In this document: positions 36,048 through 45,428 of the stretch, piece by piece
Layout: every line of letters begins with the position of its first letter
How positions within the stretch are numbered: the stretch's first letter is position 1
Source of the DNA: Candidatus Moraniibacteriota bacterium
Lineage (GTDB): Bacteria > Patescibacteriota > Minisyncoccia > Moranbacterales > UBA1568
Assembly: GCA_030648835.1 (NCBI GenBank)
Contig: JAUSGT010000003.1
Location: 1,307-65,306, forward strand
Reading direction: 5' to 3'
Length of the DNA: 64,000 bases
Notes under the pieces: generated by a model
What the model was told of the DNA's origin: nothing
Databases searched by the model: none
The model's input: only the letters and a program-made list of their open reading frames with translations
Made by a program: the position numbers and the translations under genes

Positions 36048-37571
36048 ATGTCGGCCAAAGTGTATTCCGCAACAACTCTTGGTTTGGAAAGCGTTTCCGT
36101 GGAGGTAGAGGTGGATGTCTTATCTCAAGGATTGCACAATTTTACGTTGGTCGGATTGCCGGACACGGCGATCAAGGAGTCACGTGATCGCGTCAGTTCG
36201 GCGCTCAAGAACAGCGGTTTCAAACCGCCGCACCAGTGTGGCCGCGTGACCGTCAATCTGGCCCCGGCTGATTTACCCAAGAACACCCCGATTTACGATT
36301 TGCCGATGGCGTTGGGATTCCTTCTGGCGACAGAGCAGCTCTTTTTTGATCATCGGAAAAAATTATTCATAGGAGAACTGGCTCTGGATGGCAACGCGCG
36401 CCGCGTGCAAGGAGTGTTGCCCATCACGCTTTACGCGAAAGAAAAGGGATTCGCGGAAATATATGTTCCGGAAGACAATGCTTATGAAGCGGCGCTTGTG
36501 GAGGGTATCGCTGTCATTCCGGTGAAGAATCTTTTTGATCTTGCGAAGCATCTGCGCGGTGAGCAATCGATTACTCCCTTTACGAGAGACGCCGTCGTCT
36601 TTTCCGGGGAGGAAAGCGAGACGCTCGATATGTCATTCGTGTTGGGGCAAGAGCATGCCAAGCGAGCGCTCGAAATAGCGGCCGCGGGAGGTCACAATAC
36701 GCTCTTTATTGGACCACCCGGATCGGGGAAAACGCTTTTGGCTAAGACGTTACCGACTATTTTGCCTCGCTTGGATATGGAAGAAAGTTTGGAAATTACC
36801 AAGATATTTTCTATTGCCGGGCGTTTGTCAAAAGACAAGTCACTGATCACGATGCGACCGTTTCGTTCCCCTCACCACACGGCGAGCGCCATATCACTCG
36901 TGGGTGGCGGCACATTTCCTCGTCCGGGTGAAATCAGTCTGGCTCATCGAGGAGTGCTCTTTCTGGATGAATTTGCGGAATTTTCCCGTGCGGTTTTGGA
37001 AAATCTGCGCCAGCCGCTCGAGGATGGGGAGATTACCGTTTCACGCGCCAGGGGATCACTCTCTTTTCCGGCGCGCTTTATGTTGGTAGCGGCGATGAAT
37101 CCTTGCCCATGCGGGCATGCCGGCGATCCACAACGTGTTTGTTCCTGCTCACCGTTTCAGGTAGTGCGCTATCGGCAGAAAATTTCCGGACCGATTCTCG
37201 ATCGGATCGATCTGCATATCGATGTGCCTCGGGTGAAGTTCGAGAAACTGGAAGGGCAGGAAAAGGGCGCGGAGAAAAGCAGCGCTATACGCGAACGAGT
37301 GGAAAGCGCTCGGGCTATACAAAAAAAACGTTTCGTGAATAAAGAATGTCGGACGAACGCGGAAATGACGAGTCACATGGTAAAAGAATTTTGTCCTCTC
37401 AATGACGAAACGCGAGAAATTTTGCGCAACGCCGTGACGAGAATGAAACTTTCCGCGCGCGCCTATATGCGGATTTTGAAAGTGGCGCGGACCATCGCCG
37501 ACTTGGCGGCCGCTCCGGCAATTGAGGTACCGCATCTGGCGGAGGCGCTCCAGTATCGGTTCAAGGAATGA
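36048..37571 (+). CDS. comM: Mg-chelatase-like AAA+ ATPase YifB/ComM
   Basis: N-terminal Lon-like domain (MSAKVYSATTLGLESVSVEVEVD...), Walker A LFIGPPGSGKTLLAK, Walker B VLFLDEFAEF, Cys cluster CPCGHAGDPQRVCSCS. Confidence 0.9.
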   Translation: MSAKVYSATTLGLESVSVEVEVDVLSQGLHNFTLVGLPDTAIKESRDRVSSALKNSGFKPPHQCGRVTVNLAPADLPKNTPIYDLPMALGFLLATEQLFFDHRKKLFIGELALDGNARRVQGVLPITLYAKEKGFAEIYVPEDNAYEAALVEGIAVIPVKNLFDLAKHLRGEQSITPFTRDAVVFSGEESETLDMSFVLGQEHAKRALEIAAAGGHNTLFIGPPGSGKTLLAKTLPTILPRLDMEESLEITKIFSIAGRLSKDKSLITMRPFRSPHHTASAISLVGGGTFPRPGEISLAHRGVLFLDEFAEFSRAVLENLRQPLEDGEITVSRARGSLSFPARFMLVAAMNPCPCGHAGDPQRVCSCSPFQVVRYRQKISGPILDRIDLHIDVPRVKFEKLEGQEKGAEKSSAIRERVESARAIQKKRFVNKECRTNAEMTSHMVKEFCPLNDETREILRNAVTRMKLSARAYMRILKVARTIADLAAAPAIEVPHLAEALQYRFKE

Positions 37572-37581
37572 GTCAAGTATT

Positions 37582-38571
37582 ATGTATCACGTATTACGTA
37601 TAGGGGAAAAGAGGGGAGCGAGAAGGAAAGGATTGAGATTCTTTTCTTTTTTAATTGCGCTTTTGTTTTTGGGGGCGTTAGTATATTTTTATTTTGAGAA
37701 ATCAAAGTCTGAAGAATGGAATAAAAGTGATACAAAAACGATTACCGTCACCGACGGCGGGCTGGAGTTTCCTTTCGCGAATGTGGCTGAAAAAACGGTT
37801 GGTGAATTTCTCGCTTCAAAAAAGCTGTCTTTGTCAGAGGGGGACAGCATCTTTCCAAATGAAACTGAGCCTCTTTTTTCCGGCACGCATATTATTATCG
37901 CGCGGGCGCACGTGATGGTTGTCCGTGTTGATGGAGGAGAGACAATACTCTATACGCAGGCGACGACGGTGGAGCAGGCGCTCAAGGAGAGTAGTATCGT
38001 TTTGGATGAGGATGACATTGTGAAACCCGGTCGCGAGGCGTTTGCCGAGAACGGTATCAAGGTGGTTGTTACCCGTGTCAAAATAGAGGAGCAGACAGTC
38101 GAAAAACCGATAGCGTTTGCCAAAAAGATCAATGAAGATAGCAAGCTTTCTTGGCGTAAGGTCGTCGTGACAGAGAAAGGTGAAAAAGGCATAGAGCGGC
38201 TGACGTATCGGGTGAGCACATACGACGGTAAAGAAGTGAATCGCAAGCTTCTGAAAACCGAAACCATCAAAGACCCCACTGTGGAAATCACGACTCAGGG
38301 GACGTACGTACAGGTGGGTAAAACCCACAAAGGTGCCGCCTCGTGGTATGCTTTTACCGGGACCATGTCCGCGGCCAATCCGTGGTTGCCGATCGGGAGT
38401 TATGTGCGAGTGACCAATGTGGAGAATGGAAAGAGCGTTATCGTGCGTATCAATGATCGCGGACCATTCGTACCCGGCCGCATTATCGACCTCGACAAGG
38501 TAGCCTTCCAGAAAATCGCTTCCATTGGCGCTGGAGTCATCGGTGTGACGATGGAAGAAATCGTGAATTGA
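37582..38571 (+). CDS. Secreted cell-wall protein: DUF348 - G5 - RlpA-like double-psi beta-barrel domain
   Basis: N-terminal TM; G5-like region; C-terminal GAASWYAFTGTMSAANPWLPIGSYVRVTNVENGKSVIVRINDRGPFVPGRIIDLD matches RlpA/DPBB lytic transglycosylase-like domain. Confidence 0.6.
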   Translation: MYHVLRIGEKRGARRKGLRFFSFLIALLFLGALVYFYFEKSKSEEWNKSDTKTITVTDGGLEFPFANVAEKTVGEFLASKKLSLSEGDSIFPNETEPLFSGTHIIIARAHVMVVRVDGGETILYTQATTVEQALKESSIVLDEDDIVKPGREAFAENGIKVVVTRVKIEEQTVEKPIAFAKKINEDSKLSWRKVVVTEKGEKGIERLTYRVSTYDGKEVNRKLLKTETIKDPTVEITTQGTYVQVGKTHKGAASWYAFTGTMSAANPWLPIGSYVRVTNVENGKSVIVRINDRGPFVPGRIIDLDKVAFQKIASIGAGVIGVTMEEIVN

Positions 38572-38651
38572 ATCTGGAATTTCGAATATAGAATCTCGGA
38601 CCGAAGCTTTAAAGAAAAAGTGAGATAATTTGTCTGTATTTGTAAGCTGTT

Positions 38652-39446
38652 ATGGAACGGGTCAAAGCCAAGAAATCATTGGGGCAGAATTTTCTTCAGG
38701 ATGCGGAAGTTATTGAAAAGATTTTCGAGGTGGCCAACGTGCAAAAGACGGATTGGGTATTTGAGATCGGCCCGGGAACCGGCGTACTGGCCTTCCGTTT
38801 GTCGGATCAGGTGGAAAAACTGTTGGCAATCGAGATCGATCATCGGTTGGTGGAGCGTTTGCAACAACATTTTGTTGATTCCAAAAGCGTTTCTATTTTG
38901 GAAGGGAACATCTTGGATATGGATTTGAAAGAATTGTTTGAGGCGTTCGGTTTTGATGAACATCCTTACAAAATTATCGCCAATATCCCGTACTATATTA
39001 CGGCGCCCATCATAAAGACGCTCCTCTCACTCAAGTATCAGCCGCAGTCGCTCACGCTTATGGTGCAAAACGAAGTGGCGGACCGCTTGGCGGCCAAGCC
39101 GGGAGGGATGTCGCTTCTCTCCATCATGGCGCAGTACTACGCGACTGTGGAAAAGAAATTTTTTGTGCAAAGGGAAGCTTTTGACCCGGTGCCGGATGTC
39201 GATAGCGCGGTAATCCAGATTATTCCGAGGAGAGCCTACAATCCGGAAGAAGATCGGAGAATATTTCGTCTGGCTCGGGCCGGGTTTGCCGCGCGCAGGA
39301 AGACTTTGGCGAACAATCTCTCTTCCGGTCTGTCCATCGCGAAAGAAACGGTAGAAGAAAAATTGAAACTGCTTGGTCTGCGTCCGGACATTCGGGCGCA
39401 GGCGCTTTCCATAGAAGATTGGGAACGCTTGGGAAAAATTTTTTAG
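38652..39446 (+). CDS. rsmA: 16S rRNA (adenine1518/1519-N6)-dimethyltransferase
   Basis: KSLGQNFLQD N-terminus, SAM-binding VFEIGPGTGVLA, NIPYYITAPII motif. Confidence 0.9.
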   Translation: MERVKAKKSLGQNFLQDAEVIEKIFEVANVQKTDWVFEIGPGTGVLAFRLSDQVEKLLAIEIDHRLVERLQQHFVDSKSVSILEGNILDMDLKELFEAFGFDEHPYKIIANIPYYITAPIIKTLLSLKYQPQSLTLMVQNEVADRLAAKPGGMSLLSIMAQYYATVEKKFFVQREAFDPVPDVDSAVIQIIPRRAYNPEEDRRIFRLARAGFAARRKTLANNLSSGLSIAKETVEEKLKLLGLRPDIRAQALSIEDWERLGKIF

Positions 39447-41077
39447 AAAAGGGAAAGGGCAATCGTTAGCCCGTAGAGAGCGACGACAGTGAGGATCAGT
39501 CCCGGAAGTTTGCGATACGCAAAGAAAGCGGCTTCCTCGTCTGTGCCTTTTTGCATAGTCCAGAACGCCAGACTGCCGAAAAAAACAGCCGGCAGCAGAA
39601 GGACGCGCGCGTGGAGAATGAGCGGACTCAAAATATACAAGAGAAGCATACTGCTCCCGATAAGCAGCTTGGCTTTTTCCGCTCCGAGAATAACCGGAAG
39701 CGTATAGACACCGTCTTCTCTGTCGCCACGGATATCTTTGAAGTCTTTGATGGGCAAACAAGTGGCATACGCCAAGAAAAGAAAGAAAAGAATCGGAAGT
39801 GGAAGGGTGCGCAATCCGTTTTCGGGAGACACGGCGAGGAAGCCTACGATAAGGATGAGGATACCGGCGAAGGCGGCCAACGCTGTCGCCAGAAGAGGGA
39901 AACGTTTGAGGCGGAGCGGGGAGGCGGAATACAACCATGCCAGCGCCTGGTAACTGAGCAAAAGAAGCAGCGCTGGGAAACTCACAATACCGGAGAAGAT
40001 GAGTGAAGCAATGAAGAATAAGATGCCAAAAGTCTTGTAGAGCTGGAGAGGAATAGTGTTTTGGATGAGCGGGCGAGTCGGGTTGGTAATGCTATCGATG
40101 CGGATATCCACTATATCGTTGATAATCACCGAAGCGAGCCAGGCGCTCTCAACCGCACAGAGGAGGACGAAGGCTGAAGCGATATGGAAGAAATCAAAAG
40201 TCGGGGATATGCCGGTGAAGAAAAAAGCGAGGAGCATACCCAAGAACAGTAGCCCGCCGTGATAGATGACTTGCGGCAAGCGGGCATTTTTCCACAGAGC
40301 AATGAAATATCTTGGATATTCGCGGTACAGGAGAGTGCCAATGAGAAATACGCTGAAAGCGCCATACACGATGCTCATTTTTACGTTGAGCACGCTTCTG
40401 TAATCCGTCAGATGACGGGCGAAAATATTTTCCGGTGTGAGAAAAAGAGCCGCCACATCGTTTTGGCTTATGGCGAGAAAACTTTTTTGAAAAACGAGCA
40501 GGAACAGCGTCAGCCAGGATGGGAAAGTGCCAAGAATGAAGAGAATACTGTAGGTCAAGAGGGAAACGACGAGCGCTTTCTTCCAGCGCCGCGATTTGAT
40601 GAACGCATAGAGGCCGAGCGCGAGCGTCACGATGACAACTTCTGCGCGGACACCGTATGTGATTCCTATATTGGGTGTATCGCCAAAGAGGGTGACGAAG
40701 CGTTTGAGGAGGCCGAGGAAGCCATCAAATTCATAGAAACTCCAAAAATGACTGCCGTGAAAAACAAGTGTATCGATGATGGGTGGCGTGAGGATGATGA
40801 GAAAGCCGAAGAGGAGGATGTTGGTGGCGCGGGCCAGGTTGACGTTGCCGGCCCAGCGTGTCAAAAAAACCAGGATGAGAAACGCGCACAGAAAGAAGAG
40901 GAAGGTGTGGGTGAACTCGAAAAAGTAATAAAAGAAGGTGTGCCCGCTGAATAAGCCGAGCGTGTTTTCGATAAGCAGTCTCACAAATATCAGCGCGAAA
41001 AAACTGACCACAAACGCCGCGAGCGTCAGCGGAGTATTTTCTATGGAATGGACTGTTTTTTCGAGAAAGTGCCTCAT
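39443..41077 (-). CDS. Polytopic membrane protein with C-terminal UbiA-family prenyltransferase domain
   Basis: 544 aa, ~14 TM segments; NDIVDIRID (N-D-x-x-D-x-x-x-D) prenyltransferase motif in C-terminal half; N-terminal half unassigned. Confidence 0.5.
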   Translation of the reverse strand: MRHFLEKTVHSIENTPLTLAAFVVSFFALIFVRLLIENTLGLFSGHTFFYYFFEFTHTFLFFLCAFLILVFLTRWAGNVNLARATNILLFGFLIILTPPIIDTLVFHGSHFWSFYEFDGFLGLLKRFVTLFGDTPNIGITYGVRAEVVIVTLALGLYAFIKSRRWKKALVVSLLTYSILFILGTFPSWLTLFLLVFQKSFLAISQNDVAALFLTPENIFARHLTDYRSVLNVKMSIVYGAFSVFLIGTLLYREYPRYFIALWKNARLPQVIYHGGLLFLGMLLAFFFTGISPTFDFFHIASAFVLLCAVESAWLASVIINDIVDIRIDSITNPTRPLIQNTIPLQLYKTFGILFFIASLIFSGIVSFPALLLLLSYQALAWLYSASPLRLKRFPLLATALAAFAGILILIVGFLAVSPENGLRTLPLPILFFLFLAYATCLPIKDFKDIRGDREDGVYTLPVILGAEKAKLLIGSSMLLLYILSPLILHARVLLLPAVFFGSLAFWTMQKGTDEEAAFFAYRKLPGLILTVVALYGLTIALSLF

Positions 41078-41170
41078 AGAGCATATAGTAGCATATGCAG
41101 GGTGAATGTAGAGAGAGGCGGGTAATTATGTTAGAATACTAAAGTTCTTCGTAAAAAAGCGTTACAACAC

Positions 41171-43435
41171 ATGCGTTTTTGGGAAAAGGGTCTCAATCCG
41201 GAACAGTTACGCGCGGTTCTCACGACAGAGGGCCCTGTTTTGATATTGGCCGGGGCCGGATCGGGTAAGACGAAGACGCTTACTCACCGTATCGCGTATC
41301 TTATCGATGAGAAAAAAGTATCACCGGACAATATCTTGGCGGTGACCTTTACCAACAAGGCAGCGGGGGAAATGCGCGAGCGGATAGAGCGGCTGCTGTC
41401 GCAGAGCGAGGCGGCAGAGTATGGCGGTCTACAACTTCCACAGTATATTGGGACGTTCCACAATATTTGTTCGCGTATTTTGCGCCGCGAGATCGAGACA
41501 CTTGGGTACGGGAAACGTTTCAATATTCTTGACAGCCAGGATCAGGAAACTCTCGTCAAGCGGGCGATGAAGGCGCTTGAAATAAACCCTGATCAAGTGA
41601 AGCCACGCTCCATCCTTGACGCCATCTCGCGGGCCAAAAACGCGTTTATTGACGCGGAGCAATTCGCGCTCTCAGCCGAGAGCTACTATGAAGAAATCAT
41701 TGCGAAAGTGTACGGGCATTATCAGAAAGAACTCCGCGCAACGAATGCCCTTGATTTCGATGATCTCATTATGCTCACCGTGAAGCTCTTTCAAGAACAC
41801 CAAAACGTTCTCGAGAAGTATCAGGATGTGTTCCGTTATATACTGGTGGACGAATATCAGGACACCAACTACCCGCAATATCTCCTCGTGTATCTGCTGG
41901 CGAAAAAACACAATAATATTTTTGTTATCGGTGACGACTATCAGTCAATTTATGGTTGGCGCCAAGCCGATATCCGCAACATTCTCAATTTTGAAAAGGA
42001 TTATACAAAAGCGGCGGTTATCACGCTCGATCGCAACTATCGTTCGACACAGATTATTCTCGACGCGGCGGACGGTATCATTTCCAAAAATAAGAACCAG
42101 CGTCACAAAAAACTGTGGACGGAAATAGAAGCAGGGGAACTCATTACACTCGTGCCAGCCGAAGATGAAGAGGCTGAAGCGCGTTTTGTGGCGGAAACAA
42201 TTCTCCGGGAACATACGGGAGGCCGGCCATTCAGTCATTTTGCCGTGCTCTATCGGACCAATGCCCAATCGCGCATCATAGAAGAAATGTTTCTGCGCCA
42301 TTCGATCAATTATCGCGTCGTCGGCGGACTGAAATTCTATCAGCGCAAAGAAATCAAGGACATGATCGCTTACGTGCGGTTGCTTGAAAATCCACGCGAT
42401 GCTTTGGCGCTCGAGCGCATCGGGAATGAACCCAAGCGGGGTTTGGGGAAAGCAACACTTGAGAAATGGATAGCGTTCGGGAGAGAAAGTGCGCTCGATC
42501 TTTTCGCCGCCGGGTATAAGTTGACCACCGAAAAAAGCGGGCTCAAGGAATCAAAAATAAAAGTCATCAGGGACTTCGTGGATATATTCCTCCAGTTGCG
42601 TTCCGAGATAGACGCTCGCGCCGATATGCGCTTTTTGGAACTGTTGGATACAATCACGAAAAGAAGCGGCTATTTCGCGAGTCTCGCGGACGGCACGACC
42701 GAGGGGGAGGTACGCCAGGAAAATGTGCGGGAACTGTTGTCTGTAGCCCAGAAGTATAACGACATGCCTCTTTCGGAAGCGCTGCATCACTTTCTCGAAG
42801 AGGTGGCGCTTTCTTCGGACACGGATGAAATAAGCAAAGAGAGTGATGTGGTCAATGTGATGACCCTCCATAGTTCCAAAGGACTGGAGTTCCCGGTCGT
42901 GTTCATCGCGGGTTTGGAAGAGGGGATTTTTCCGCACTCGCGGAGCGCCTTATCGCCGAGTGATCTGGAAGAAGAACGACGACTCATGTATGTCGGTCTC
43001 ACGCGCGCCAAAGAAAAAATCTATCTTCTGTATACGCTGGAGCGGACGATTTTTGGCGGGGTGCAGGTCAACCCTCCCTCGCGTTTCCTTCAGGAAATTC
43101 CCCAGCATCTGGTTGACGAGGTCACCTGTGTGTCATCGGGGATGCTTGGGAGGCGTCACTCTCAGAAATCGCGCAACTATTTTTCGGTGGTGTCAAAAAA
43201 ACAGAGCGCCTTTGCGGTAACAGCCAAAAGCATATCCCAAGAAAAGAGCGGAGAATCCGGCATGCGCGAGAAGCCGCTTGCTCTGGACGATGTGAGACCG
43301 GGTGATATGGTGGAACATCCGCAATTCGGTTCCGGTCTGGTTATTTCTATTGTCGGGACATTGGCCACTATTGCGTTCAAACGCTCCGGCGTTAAAAAAA
43401 TGATGTTGGGAGTGGCTCCTTTGAAGAGGCAGTAA
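41171..43435 (+). CDS. pcrA: ATP-dependent DNA helicase PcrA/UvrD
   Basis: LNPEQLRAVLTTEGPVLILAGAGSGKTKTLTHRIAYLI (helicase motif I), LVDEYQDTN, VIGDDYQSIYGWR, VMTLHSSKGLEFPVVFI, YVGLTRA motifs. Confidence 0.9.
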   Translation: MRFWEKGLNPEQLRAVLTTEGPVLILAGAGSGKTKTLTHRIAYLIDEKKVSPDNILAVTFTNKAAGEMRERIERLLSQSEAAEYGGLQLPQYIGTFHNICSRILRREIETLGYGKRFNILDSQDQETLVKRAMKALEINPDQVKPRSILDAISRAKNAFIDAEQFALSAESYYEEIIAKVYGHYQKELRATNALDFDDLIMLTVKLFQEHQNVLEKYQDVFRYILVDEYQDTNYPQYLLVYLLAKKHNNIFVIGDDYQSIYGWRQADIRNILNFEKDYTKAAVITLDRNYRSTQIILDAADGIISKNKNQRHKKLWTEIEAGELITLVPAEDEEAEARFVAETILREHTGGRPFSHFAVLYRTNAQSRIIEEMFLRHSINYRVVGGLKFYQRKEIKDMIAYVRLLENPRDALALERIGNEPKRGLGKATLEKWIAFGRESALDLFAAGYKLTTEKSGLKESKIKVIRDFVDIFLQLRSEIDARADMRFLELLDTITKRSGYFASLADGTTEGEVRQENVRELLSVAQKYNDMPLSEALHHFLEEVALSSDTDEISKESDVVNVMTLHSSKGLEFPVVFIAGLEEGIFPHSRSALSPSDLEEERRLMYVGLTRAKEKIYLLYTLERTIFGGVQVNPPSRFLQEIPQHLVDEVTCVSSGMLGRRHSQKSRNYFSVVSKKQSAFAVTAKSISQEKSGESGMREKPLALDDVRPGDMVEHPQFGSGLVISIVGTLATIAFKRSGVKKMMLGVAPLKRQ

Positions 43436-43467
43436 GGAGTAAGTAGAAAGTAGTAAGGGTTGAGAAG

Positions 43468-43842
43468 CTAGCTTCTCAAAACGGATTTTATGAGCCCAGT
43501 AAGGAGTTTGTGAACGAGAACGGTTCGTTCTGCGATTTGAGAAAACTCTGGTTTGCCGATGTATTTTATATCTCGGGCAATAAGAAGCTGGTTTTGAATT
43601 TCTGCTACCGATCCATGCGCTATAGCATAAAAATGTGATTTGTCTTTAGCGGATCTTCGATTAAAACCTTCTGCAATATTGGAAGTGATTGAGACTGCGG
43701 CTCTTCGCATCTGATTTGTTAAACCAAACATTTCTTCATTAGGAAAAACTTTAGTTGCTTTATAAATATCAAGAACCAGTTTGTGCCCTTCTTGCCATAC
43801 TATTAAATTTGTAAATGACTGAATTTTTTCTTTTATTTCCAT
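43468..43842 (-). CDS. Four-helix-bundle protein (23S rRNA intervening-sequence protein family)
   Basis: 124 aa; LVWQEGHKLVLDIYKATKVFPNEE...SNIAEG matches the TIGR02436 four-helix-bundle family. Confidence 0.6.
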   Translation of the reverse strand: MEIKEKIQSFTNLIVWQEGHKLVLDIYKATKVFPNEEMFGLTNQMRRAAVSITSNIAEGFNRRSAKDKSHFYAIAHGSVAEIQNQLLIARDIKYIGKPEFSQIAERTVLVHKLLTGLIKSVLRS

Positions 43843-43877
43843 ATTTTTGCAATTAGCTCCTTACTACTTTCTGCGTG

Positions 43878-44819
43878 CTACTTGCTACCCTTTCCTTTCC
43901 TCTTGGCATGGAAAGAGTGATGAATTTCTTTCAGGCGTTCGTTGGTGATATGGGTATAGATTTGTGTGGTGGTGATGGAGGCGTGACCGAGCATCGATTG
44001 GACCGATCGGATATCGGCACCGTTCACGAGAAGGTCAGTTGCGAAACTGTGGCGGAGCGTATGCGGATGAACATCTTTGCCAATGCCGGCTTTCTTGGCA
44101 TAGTGCTTTACCAGGCGTTGGACACTTCTCTGTGTAAGACGTTTGCTCTCGCGCTTCGCGTTTTTGGTGTTGACCAATCCAGTCTTCCCATAGGCGATAA
44201 AGAGAGCGGGGTCGATGTCACTCCGTTTATCGAGGTACCTTTTGAGGGAAGTTTTGGCGGCCGGAGAGATGAAGACAATACGCAGCTTGCCTCCTTTGCC
44301 ACGGACGCTGAATTCTTCTTTATCGAGGTTGAGGTGATGGCGGTCGAGCCCGGTCAGTTCCGAAACGCGTAGTCCGGAAGAAAACAACAGTTCCAAGATG
44401 GCTTTATCACGCAGAGACCTGAGGCTGGTTCCCTCCGCCGCTTCCATCAGACGTTCTACTTCCGCAAACTCGAGAAAATCGACTTGGCGATCGGGAGTTT
44501 TTCCGATTTCTATTTTTTCGGCGGCCAACGCCGAGACATCTTGCTTGGCCAGATATTTGAGAAAGGTGCGCAAGACGATCGCTTGGTAAGCTTGGGTATT
44601 TTTTTTGAGCGTACCGCCTCGGCCGTTTCCCTTGCGATTGAGATAGAGCCGGTATTCCCTCACTTTGTCGGCAGTGATGTCCTTGGGGATGTGGAGATTG
44701 CCCCAAGCGAAAAAGGCGCACAGAACCCGGCCATAACTCTCAATAGTGCGGAGCGAGCGGTTCATCTCGATCTCGAGGTGTTCGAGGAAGCGTTTGGTAT
44801 AGTTTTGGAGTGCGGTCAT
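43878..44819 (-). CDS. xerC: Tyrosine recombinase XerC/XerD family
   Basis: C-terminal HTLRHSFATDLLVNGADIRSVQSMLGHASITTTQIYTHI (R..HxxR..Y catalytic signature), SGLRVSELTGL box I. Confidence 0.85.
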   Translation of the reverse strand: MTALQNYTKRFLEHLEIEMNRSLRTIESYGRVLCAFFAWGNLHIPKDITADKVREYRLYLNRKGNGRGGTLKKNTQAYQAIVLRTFLKYLAKQDVSALAAEKIEIGKTPDRQVDFLEFAEVERLMEAAEGTSLRSLRDKAILELLFSSGLRVSELTGLDRHHLNLDKEEFSVRGKGGKLRIVFISPAAKTSLKRYLDKRSDIDPALFIAYGKTGLVNTKNAKRESKRLTQRSVQRLVKHYAKKAGIGKDVHPHTLRHSFATDLLVNGADIRSVQSMLGHASITTTQIYTHITNERLKEIHHSFHAKRKGKGSK

Positions 44820-45096
44820 GGATTTACGTTATGCGACATACAAAGTATAACATATCAAAGGTGGTAGGCTCCCAGGTAAAATCATATGGTATCTAAGCTC
44901 ACCAGCCTCGACGTCTAGGCGGGAAAAAACTTCAACTCTCCCAGGAAGATTCTTGTGGCAGGAGGCTAAAAAAAGGTGAATAGTCTGTGGTTTGATAAAG
45001 AGCAAGAAAAAGCTTCATTTGAGGGATAAAATGACTTTGTGCACACAGAAAATGCTTTATATAAAGCAAAAAATTGGAAAATATGATATATATTGG

Positions 45097-45125
45097 TTGA
45101 CTCTGGGATAGGACTGAGTTATACT
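45097..45125 (+). promoter_or_regulatory. sigma70-like promoter TTGACT-17-TATACT
   Basis: TTGACT 45097-45102, spacer 17, TATACT 45120-45125; ~300-nt leader before LysM-CHAP gene. Confidence 0.45.
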
Positions 45126-45428
45126 GAATTTTGTAAAAATTAGGATAAATTCTCAATGAGCGGCACCTCCCGGTTTTCTGAGTGGGGTCGTATCTAGGGG
45201 TTTTATCGACTGAAAGGCGAGAATTCTATCCGTACAGAATCTATCATTTCTTTCCTCAAGACTTGTTTTACGGCAGTTGAGAGACGTACCCGGTCTTCGT
45301 TTGCGCGCGTTTCCGGAAAAGAGGAGAAAAAGGATATAAACACCCGCCTGCGGGAACTTCACACGCACATTCATCATCTCCAGACTCGCTTTTTACAGTT
45401 TATCAAGGAGGTCTCCGGATACCGGGTT

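Noticed and set aside
43462-43477. 16-bp perfect palindrome GAGAAGCTAGCTTCTC after pcrA as a Rho-independent terminator
   Set aside because: There is no U-tract on either strand adjacent to the hairpin, and it overlaps the stop of the convergent four-helix-bundle gene. It may still be a protein-binding site, but terminator status is not supported.
35440-44958. Treating the two AAAAAACTTCAA...GATTCTTGTG motif copies as attL/attR of an integrated element ending at xerC
   Set aside because: The intervening 9.4 kb encodes core housekeeping genes (lspA, comM, rsmA, pcrA) with no phage or plasmid functions. The repeat is kept only as a motif finding.
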